This document shows positions 57,396 to 64,000 of a stretch of DNA of 64,000 nt, in pieces. The DNA is from Candidatus Saccharimonadales bacterium (GTDB lineage Bacteria > Patescibacteriota > Saccharimonadia > QS-5-54-17): NCBI GenBank assembly GCA_040876925.1, contig JBBDOS010000005.1, forward strand, positions 40,815 through 104,814, in the 5' to 3' direction. Positions within the stretch are counted from its first letter, which is position 1; each line of letters begins with the position of its first letter. Made by a program: the position numbers and the translations under genes. The notes beneath the pieces were generated by a model. The model had not been told where the DNA came from, did no database searches, and saw only the letters and a list, made by a program, of their open reading frames with translations.

Positions 57396-57905
57396 ATGTT
57401 GATACCGTCTAGACAGTTAACATCTCATAGCTTAACCAGTCTTCATACTGGCAGATCTCTAGGGGCAATTTCTCAAGCTATAATAGACCCGTTCAAGTTA
57501 AAAGTAGTAGGCTTTTACTTGCAAGGTGATTCTAGATTGTTGATGGTTGATGATATACGCGAGATAAGTGGCTCTAAAGTAGCCCTTGATTCAGAGGATA
57601 TATTGGCTGAAGCTGAAGATTTACTCAGACACCAAGAAATACTAGATATTAACTACCAATTAATTGGCAAGAAGGCAGTTACTAGATCTAATGAAAAACT
57701 AGGTAAAGTTGATGAATATGTCATAGACAGCCTATCTTGGGACATAGCTAAGATACACATTAGACAACCTATGTGGCGTAATTTAACCAACGGCATACTA
57801 ATTGTAGATAAGCAACAAATAGTAGAGCTTAAAGAAAACTCAGTAGTAGTTGAGGATACTGTAATTAGATCACCAGAGCTAGCGACACAACAAGTATCAT
57901 CTTAG
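57396..57905 (+). CDS. PRC-barrel domain protein (two repeats)
   Basis: Pattern G..LG.I...IDP..LKVVGFYL ... G..LGKVDEYVID resembling PRC barrels. Confidence 0.5.
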   Translation: MLIPSRQLTSHSLTSLHTGRSLGAISQAIIDPFKLKVVGFYLQGDSRLLMVDDIREISGSKVALDSEDILAEAEDLLRHQEILDINYQLIGKKAVTRSNEKLGKVDEYVIDSLSWDIAKIHIRQPMWRNLTNGILIVDKQQIVELKENSVVVEDTVIRSPELATQQVSS

Positions 57906-57928
57906 AAATAGATTTATTTAAAATCTCT

Positions 57929-58537
57929 TTACGAATCTATTGCTTCGCTGTCATCTAGAGCTGTCTGAATTACACTGTAGTTATAGCCCTTTCTTGACAA
58001 GTAAGCCATTAATTTTTGCTTGGAATCATAGCGATAACCATATTTCTCTATCAGCTTTTTAACTTGCTCTACCTCTTGATTCTCATCTATATCTTCTAGA
58101 ACTCGTTCAATGATTTCACTATCTACACCCTTCTGGATGAGCTCTTGTTTTAGTTTGAGCTTACTGCTTAATTTAGACTGCCTCCACTGCACCCAGAGTC
58201 TAGCAAACTCTAAATCATTTATTAGGTTGAGGTTTTCTAGTTTAGTGATGATTTGATTAGCTATTTCTGTCGAGTATTTTTTGCGTTTTAAATAATCGAC
58301 TATTTCTTTCTTGCTTCTAGACCTGATATTTAGATAGTTTATAGCTTTATCGTAAGCTTTACCTAACTCTGATTCATCTCTATATCGCTCTAACTCTTCG
58401 GTAGTTACTTCTTGGCCAATCTTAATACCTGATTTGAGCAAATCGCCTTGAGAAAATCCAAAAACAAACTGATCATCTATATAGATAGAGTAGCGATCTG
58501 GATTTTTCTTTTGCTGAGATATAGCGGTGATTTTCAT
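57929..58537 (-). CDS. recX: RecA regulator RecX
   Basis: 202 aa helical repeat protein immediately downstream of recA; AYDKAINYLNIRSRSKKEI. Confidence 0.75.
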   Translation of the reverse strand: MKITAISQQKKNPDRYSIYIDDQFVFGFSQGDLLKSGIKIGQEVTTEELERYRDESELGKAYDKAINYLNIRSRSKKEIVDYLKRKKYSTEIANQIITKLENLNLINDLEFARLWVQWRQSKLSSKLKLKQELIQKGVDSEIIERVLEDIDENQEVEQVKKLIEKYGYRYDSKQKLMAYLSRKGYNYSVIQTALDDSEAIDS

Positions 58538-58616
58538 GGTTATTTAAATATATTCCAGATCTTTAAATTTACTAATAAGTTACCGGGCTCTTTCTTGGAA
58601 AGAGTTTTATTTACAG

Positions 58617-59645
58617 CTATTTACCTAGGGTTTCTTTACGTATAGCTTTATCTAGAGTCTTAGCCACTTTGGGGTTGGTTTTTAAGTACTCTTTGGCAGC
58701 CTCACGTCCCTGAGCAATCTTCTCTCCTTGATACTCATACCAAGAACCAGCTTTTTGCACTAAGTCATGCTTAACAGCTAAATCTATTAAATCCCCAGTA
58801 ACAGAAATGCCTTCGTTGTACATAATGTCGAACTCGGCCACCTTAAATGGCGGAGCTACCTTATTCTTAACCACCTTGGCTTTGACATGGTTACCTACTG
58901 CTTCTTCGCCCTGTTTAATAGCCTGGGTACGACGAACTTCTATACGTACCGACGAGTAATATTTCAAAGCCTGACCGCCTGAAGTAGTTTCCGGATTACC
59001 AAACATCACACCTATTTTCATACGTAATTGGTTAACGAATATGACTGTGGTTTTGGATTTAGATATAGCACCGGTCAATTTCCTCAGCGCCTGACTCATT
59101 AAACGGGCTTGCAAGCCCACATGAGCGTCACCCATTTCTCCTTCTATCTCGGCTTTAGGCACTAGAGCTGCCACGGAATCCACCACTACAATATCTACGG
59201 CATTAGATCTAACCAGAGTCTCAGCAATATCCAGTGCTTGTTCGCCGGTATCTGGTTGAGATAATAATATCTGATCTAGTTTAACGCCTATTTTCTTGGA
59301 ATACTCTGGATCTAGGGCATGCTCAGCATCTATGAAAGCAACTGTACCACCAGTTTTCTGAGCTTCAGCTATAGTATGTAAGGCTAGAGTCGTTTTACCG
59401 CTAGCCTCTGGACCATATATCTCTATAACTCTTCCCTTTGGTATACCGCCACCTAAAGCGATATCTAAACTTAAACTGCCTGTAGACATAGTCTCGACAT
59501 CTATATTGTATTTATCACCCAACTTCATAATTGAACCGGCACCAAACTGACTCTCTATCTGTGATAAAGCTAAATCTAGAGCTTGCTTGCGGCCTTTATC
59601 AGCAGTAGATTTATCGTCCTTAGGTTTGTTTGTTTTGGGCGTCAT
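58617..59645 (-). CDS. recA: Recombinase RecA
   Basis: [13 protein letters not shown] Walker [26 protein letters not shown]. Confidence 0.95.
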   Translation of the reverse strand: MTPKTNKPKDDKSTADKGRKQALDLALSQIESQFGAGSIMKLGDKYNIDVETMSTGSLSLDIALGGGIPKGRVIEIYGPEASGKTTLALHTIAEAQKTGGTVAFIDAEHALDPEYSKKIGVKLDQILLSQPDTGEQALDIAETLVRSNAVDIVVVDSVAALVPKAEIEGEMGDAHVGLQARLMSQALRKLTGAISKSKTTVIFVNQLRMKIGVMFGNPETTSGGQALKYYSSVRIEVRRTQAIKQGEEAVGNHVKAKVVKNKVAPPFKVAEFDIMYNEGISVTGDLIDLAVKHDLVQKAGSWYEYQGEKIAQGREAAKEYLKTNPKVAKTLDKAIRKETLGK

Positions 59646-59789
59646 ACTTATCTCCTATTATATTAGCTATTGCTTGGCAGTATAGCGTACAAAAAACGAA
59701 CATGCAAATAAAATTGATACATAAGCACAATAGCAGCTATACTAAAAGCTAATGCATATATTATCAATTAGAAATTATGGTTAAAACAA

Positions 59790-61622
59790 ATGAAGCTTAG
59801 CGATGTTGCTATCCAGGCACTAATCAAAGAATCTATCGACAATGAGGTTTTAGAAGCAGCCAAAGATCAAGCTGCCAAGCAGAAGAAATCTCTTCAAGAT
59901 GTGTTGCTGGATAAAAAAGTAATTAGCGAGAAAGACTTAACTAAACTATACGCCGATAATATCGGTGCTGAGTTCATATCCTTAAGTGATATCAATATTG
60001 AACCCCCTGTCTTAAACCTAATCCCTGAACATATAGCTAGAGAGTATCGAGCAGTGTTGTTTGAAGCTAGCGATAAGGGTGAGCGCAAAGTAGCTATATC
60101 AGATCCTGGTGACCTACCAGCTATCGATGCCTTAGAAAAGTTACTAGGTAAAGATGTCTATTTCTATATAGCTACCGATGCTGATATTAATAAAATACTA
60201 GATCAATACAAAGGCAATTTAGATAGTGAAATAACCAAAGTTATTCCTGACGGTGAAGACGAAGTAACTCCTGAAGAAATTAGTGCTGATGAAGTAGCTG
60301 AAGACTCCCCTATCGCTAAAACCGTTAATTTGTTAATTGAATATGCCATTAAAGAAGGAGCTTCAGACATCCATATTGAGCCTAGAGAGCAAGTAGTACA
60401 GATTCGCTACCGGGTAGATGGAGTCTTGAGAGAAGCCAATACCCTACCGAGAAACTTAATGCTAGCTCTAGTATCACGTATCAAAATTATGGCCAATCTG
60501 AAAATTGATGAGCACCGCAAACCTCAAGATGGTAGATTTAAGATTCAATCATCATCTGGCACAGTAGCCCTGCGTGTATCAACTCTCCCCACTATGGACG
60601 GAGAGAAAGTGGTAATGAGATTATTAGATGAATCATCTAGAGCTTTAACTCTTAAGGAGCTTGGTTTTGGTGCTAGCGCCTATGAACGTATGGAAAGAGC
60701 TATGCACCAACCACACGGCATGATACTAGTTACCGGACCAACCGGTTCTGGTAAATCCACCACTCTTTACAGTGTTTTAACTAGTCTAAATTCACCTAAA
60801 GTTAATATATCTACAGTTGAAGACCCGGTAGAATACCGCATCCAAGGAGTCAATCAAACTCAAGTCAACCCTAAAGCTGGCATGACCTTCGCCTCAGGTC
60901 TTAGAGCGCTACTTAGACAAGATCCCAATATTATTATGGTTGGTGAGATTCGCGATGGTGAAACAGCCGATTTAGCTATCCAGGCAGCTTTAACTGGTCA
61001 CTTAGTATTATCAACCCTGCACACCAACAACGCTGCTACTACACTACCTAGGCTACTTGATATGGAGGCTGAGCCATTTTTGATAGCTTCAACTGTTAGG
61101 GTTGTAGTCGGTCAACGTCTGGTACGTAGAATCTGTCAAGAATGTCGCTTAAGCTACCAGCCTGATGAGAAAGAAATGGCCAAGCTCAACCAAGAATTTC
61201 ATATTGATAAATACCTAGATATGATCAATGAAAATCTAGCAGAAAATAGGCAAGATAGCCTTAATAAAAATAGCGACAAAAATAAAGCTGGTAAAAAGAA
61301 AAAGGATAAAGACAGCCAAGAAAGTACCCCTACAACAGATAAGATCCCTAATAAAATCGATATCAATAATTTGACACTATACAAAGCCGGTGAAGGCTGT
61401 GATAAATGTGACGGACAAGCATACAAAGGTAGGATGGGTATTTATGAAGTTTTGGAGATTAATGAGACTATCAGCAAATTAATAGTTAGTAATGCTACTA
61501 GTGATGATATCCAACACCAAGCCATAGAAGATGGCATGATGACTATGCAGCTAGATGGTTTTATTAAAGCTATTAGTGGCTATACTACTATTGAAGAAAT
61601 ATTAAGAGTAACTAGGGAATAA
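59790..61622 (+). CDS. pilB: Type IV pilus assembly ATPase PilB (GspE family)
   Basis: T2SSE_N domain, Walker A VTGPTGSGKSTTLYS, tetracysteine CxxC...CxxC, and a Lys-rich insertion near the C-terminus. Confidence 0.88.
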   Translation: MKLSDVAIQALIKESIDNEVLEAAKDQAAKQKKSLQDVLLDKKVISEKDLTKLYADNIGAEFISLSDINIEPPVLNLIPEHIAREYRAVLFEASDKGERKVAISDPGDLPAIDALEKLLGKDVYFYIATDADINKILDQYKGNLDSEITKVIPDGEDEVTPEEISADEVAEDSPIAKTVNLLIEYAIKEGASDIHIEPREQVVQIRYRVDGVLREANTLPRNLMLALVSRIKIMANLKIDEHRKPQDGRFKIQSSSGTVALRVSTLPTMDGEKVVMRLLDESSRALTLKELGFGASAYERMERAMHQPHGMILVTGPTGSGKSTTLYSVLTSLNSPKVNISTVEDPVEYRIQGVNQTQVNPKAGMTFASGLRALLRQDPNIIMVGEIRDGETADLAIQAALTGHLVLSTLHTNNAATTLPRLLDMEAEPFLIASTVRVVVGQRLVRRICQECRLSYQPDEKEMAKLNQEFHIDKYLDMINENLAENRQDSLNKNSDKNKAGKKKKDKDSQESTPTTDKIPNKIDINNLTLYKAGEGCDKCDGQAYKGRMGIYEVLEINETISKLIVSNATSDDIQHQAIEDGMMTMQLDGFIKAISGYTTIEEILRVTRE

Positions 61623-61638
61623 GGGAGCTTGATATAAA

Positions 61639-62850
61639 ATGGCTGAATTTCAATATACCGCTATGAACAACAAAGGAGAAATGCAAAAAGGACGCATTGA
61701 AGCTGATAATAAAGAGGCTGCTATATCAGCTATGAAATATAAGGGTCTAAGCCCTCTGAAGATAGAAAAGACTCATAAATCTATTAAGAATATTAATGTT
61801 AGTCTAGGTAGAGCAAATAAGGTTAAGTCCAGGGATATTGTCATCTTTACTAGGCAGATGGCCACCATGGTTGGTGCTGGTGTACCGATAATTAGATCTC
61901 TATCAACCATGAAAGAACAAAGTGACTCCCAGGCTCTTAAGAAAATCTTAGAAGATATAGTTGCTGAAGTAGAAGCAGGCACACAACTATCAGAAGCTAT
62001 GAGTAAATACCCCCGAGTTTTTTCTAGTGTTTACGTTAATATGGTCAAGGCTGGTGAAGAAGGCGGTATTTTAGATGAAATTATGGATAGGTTGGCTAAT
62101 CAAGTAGAAAAAGATGCCGAAATTAAAGGCAAACTACGTAGTGCTATGGTCTATCCCGGAGTTATATTAACAGTAGCTATAGGCGCTGTTATATTCCTAA
62201 TCACTAACATTATTCCTAAATTCACTGTGATATTTGATGATTTTGAGACCGATCTACCTATCCAAACTCAATTGATGTTAAATCTTAGTGACTTCTTAAT
62301 TAGCTATGGCTTAGTTCTAATTGTAGCTATAGTAGTTATTTCTATAGCCGTCATGAGATTTGTGCGTAAGCCGAAGGGTAAATATATGCTAGATACTTTG
62401 CTAATGAAACTACCTGCTTTTGGCACTATTATTCTAAAAATTAACGTAGCTAGATTCGCTAGAACCTTTAGCTCACTGACAGGAGCTGGAATATCGGTAA
62501 TTGAGGCCATGAAAATTACTAGCGGCTCTCTATCCAGCTCCGTCATGCAAAAAGGCATAGAGGTAAGTATTACTAAGATCAAAAACGGACAACCGATAGC
62601 TGCTTCATTAGCAGAATCTAATATATTCCCTGCTATTGTTACCCAAATGGCTGCTATTGGTGAAGAGACTGGACAGATAGATACAGTACTAGAACGAATA
62701 GCTGTATTTTACGAGCAAGAAGTAGATAGAACTATAGCTAGTATCAACTCCATTATCGAACCAGCCCTAATAGTTGGGCTAGGCGGTATAGTGGCTTTAA
62801 TCATCGCTAGTATCTTTGGACCGTTAACTGAAATCACTCAAGGCTTTTAA
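61639..62850 (+). CDS. pilC: Type IV pilus platform protein PilC (GspF family)
   Basis: Two GspF repeats, three TM segments, 403 aa. Confidence 0.88.
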   Translation: MAEFQYTAMNNKGEMQKGRIEADNKEAAISAMKYKGLSPLKIEKTHKSIKNINVSLGRANKVKSRDIVIFTRQMATMVGAGVPIIRSLSTMKEQSDSQALKKILEDIVAEVEAGTQLSEAMSKYPRVFSSVYVNMVKAGEEGGILDEIMDRLANQVEKDAEIKGKLRSAMVYPGVILTVAIGAVIFLITNIIPKFTVIFDDFETDLPIQTQLMLNLSDFLISYGLVLIVAIVVISIAVMRFVRKPKGKYMLDTLLMKLPAFGTIILKINVARFARTFSSLTGAGISVIEAMKITSGSLSSSVMQKGIEVSITKIKNGQPIAASLAESNIFPAIVTQMAAIGEETGQIDTVLERIAVFYEQEVDRTIASINSIIEPALIVGLGGIVALIIASIFGPLTEITQGF

Positions 62851-62893
62851 GGCTAGCTACTTAACTAGTCTAGCTTGATTAGGCTAGCTGCTA

Positions 62894-62921
62894 TTGACAG
62901 TATAAGCTTAACCGTTATAAT
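62894..62921 (+). promoter_or_regulatory. Near-consensus sigma70 promoter TTGACA-N16-TATAAT driving the major pilin gene
   Basis: ttgacagtataagcttaaccgttataat. Followed by strong ribosome-binding site TAAGGAGG before the ATG at 62975. Confidence 0.65.
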
Positions 62922-62974
62922 CTTAAAGATATAAATATAAATTGAAATATCTAAAAACCCTAAGGAGGAAATAG

Positions 62975-63403
62975 ATGCAAAACTTAATCAATAGACAAAA
63001 GGGGTTCACCCTCATAGAGCTATTGGTAGTTATAGTTGTTATTGGTATATTAGTAGCGCTAACACTACCTAACTTATTCTCAGCTCAGGAAAGAGCTAGA
63101 GATACAGAGAAGAAAAACGATACTAGAAGTGTATCCTTGCAACTGGAAAGTTATTGGAACGATAACCAAACTTACCCAGTTGATCTAAGTGCATTAGATA
63201 GTTATGGCTATAACGCTGCGGAAGTTAATGAAGAGCTAACATATGCCCCATTACAAGATGATGAAACAGCGTGTACTGCAGAGCCTTGCGTAGCTTATGA
63301 GCTAATAGTACCTCTAGAGAACGAGAACGATACAGATGTAGATGAGAATGGTAACTACGTTGTTACTAGTATTAATCGTCCATCTGGAGCAGTTGCTCAA
63401 TAG
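62975..63403 (+). CDS. pilA: Type IV pilin (prepilin-type N-terminal cleavage/methylation domain), likely major pilin
   Basis: QKGFTLIELLVVIVVIGILVAL class III signal peptide (G-1, F+1, E+5). Confidence 0.85.
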   Translation: MQNLINRQKGFTLIELLVVIVVIGILVALTLPNLFSAQERARDTEKKNDTRSVSLQLESYWNDNQTYPVDLSALDSYGYNAAEVNEELTYAPLQDDETACTAEPCVAYELIVPLENENDTDVDENGNYVVTSINRPSGAVAQ

Positions 63404-63520
63404 TTTGTTGGCTATATAGCTTCTTTTAACAAACCGGCCTAATAAGGTCGGTTTGTTTTTGTCCATGCGTGGTAGAATATTAGATATATCAAGCATAAGG
63501 ATTAACCTAAGATAAGTAAC

Positions 63521-63931
63521 ATGCAAAAACTAACATCAAGCAATAAATCACAATCAGGGTTTACTCTAGTAGAGCTTTTAGTTGCCATGTCGATATTTAG
63601 CCTGATAACTGTAGGTATCTTTCAATTATTTATAGCTATCGATACTATGCAGCGACGCACTCAAAGGATAGAGATAGCTACTAGAGCAGCTGAAGCCAAG
63701 ATAGAGTCACTCAGAAATAACCACTACAACTCGCTTGAGCCAGACACAACCATCGTTTTTACTGATGAATTACCTGATGAATTACCTGAACCTAGATCGG
63801 CAGAAATTAATATCACGGAAGAAACACCTGGGCTGAAGCAGTTAGAGGTAAATATCACTTATGACCAAAGGCCTCAAGATAAAACTATCGTATTAACCGG
63901 CGTTATAGGATCTATAGGTATATCCCAATGA
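63521..63931 (+). CDS. Pilin-like protein (prepilin N-terminal domain), minor pilin/pseudopilin
   Basis: QSGFTLVELLVAMSIFSLITVGIF. Confidence 0.8.
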   Translation: MQKLTSSNKSQSGFTLVELLVAMSIFSLITVGIFQLFIAIDTMQRRTQRIEIATRAAEAKIESLRNNHYNSLEPDTTIVFTDELPDELPEPRSAEINITEETPGLKQLEVNITYDQRPQDKTIVLTGVIGSIGISQ

Positions 63932-64000
63932 GTAAATATTTACCAACTAAGCTATCTAATTCTGGTATCACTTTGGTAGAAATATTAGTAGTTACAGCTG
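63928..64000 (+). CDS. Third prepilin-type protein, 5' fragment (runs off the window end)
   Basis: MSKYLPTKLSNSGITLVEILVVTA. ATGA overlap with the upstream pilin. Confidence 0.6.
   Translation, partial: MSKYLPTKLSNSGITLVEILVVTA

Noticed and set aside
59646-59789. LexA/Cheo-type SOS box upstream of recA
   Set aside because: A CGAACATGC half-site is present (about 59695), but no matching second half (GTTCG) at the correct spacing, so I cannot support an SOS operator from sequence alone.

Overview
This is a gene-dense, AT-rich (roughly 35-40% GC by eye) bacterial chromosomal segment with standard genetic code. Operon structure, short proteins and the gene content (type IV pilus locus, FemAB-family transferase, minimal TsaB and HrcA) resemble a reduced-genome CPR/Patescibacteria-type organism, possibly Saccharibacteria-like; that assignment is inference only.

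Conserved backbone on both strands:
- glycolytic operon pyk-pgk-tpiA
- heat-shock operon hrcA-grpE-dnaK-dnaJ, preceded by two tandem CIRCE operators
- gmk-lepA-murJ-ftsH-tilS
- folD and murA
- rny-ymdB and tsaE-tsaB
- recA-recX
- type IV pilus locus (pilB, pilC, three tandem prepilins) with a near-consensus sigma70 promoter upstream of the major pilin
- 11 tRNA genes, three of them with CAT anticodons, including a probable initiator

Accessory or unusual content:
1. A partial UvrD/PcrA-like helicase that runs off the window start (which is probably why it is absent from the ORF track) and carries an in-frame 361-aa intein inserted exactly in helicase motif III.
2. A class-I Fic toxin plus VbhA/FicA-like antitoxin pair inserted antisense between pgk and tpiA.
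3. An HNH endonuclease wedged inside a tRNA cluster, next to a tRNA-His with a genome-encoded G-1.
4. A roughly 1.7 kb GC-rich (about 55-58%) compositional island next to a tRNA-Lys(TTT). It encodes a phage tail-fibre N-terminal-domain protein and a large Gly/Thr/Ala-rich partner.
5. A tRNA-fMet-associated islet bounded by direct repeats of the tRNA 3' half. It carries a restriction-endonuclease-like (Mrr-cat-like) protein, a membrane protein and a SAM methyltransferase.
6. A tandem pair of double-domain GH130-like proteins.
7. An archaeal-type pyruvoyl-dependent arginine decarboxylase homolog.
8. An 11-mer-repeat Ala/Gly/Val/Lys-rich protein.

No CRISPR array, rRNA gene or reverse transcriptase was seen.
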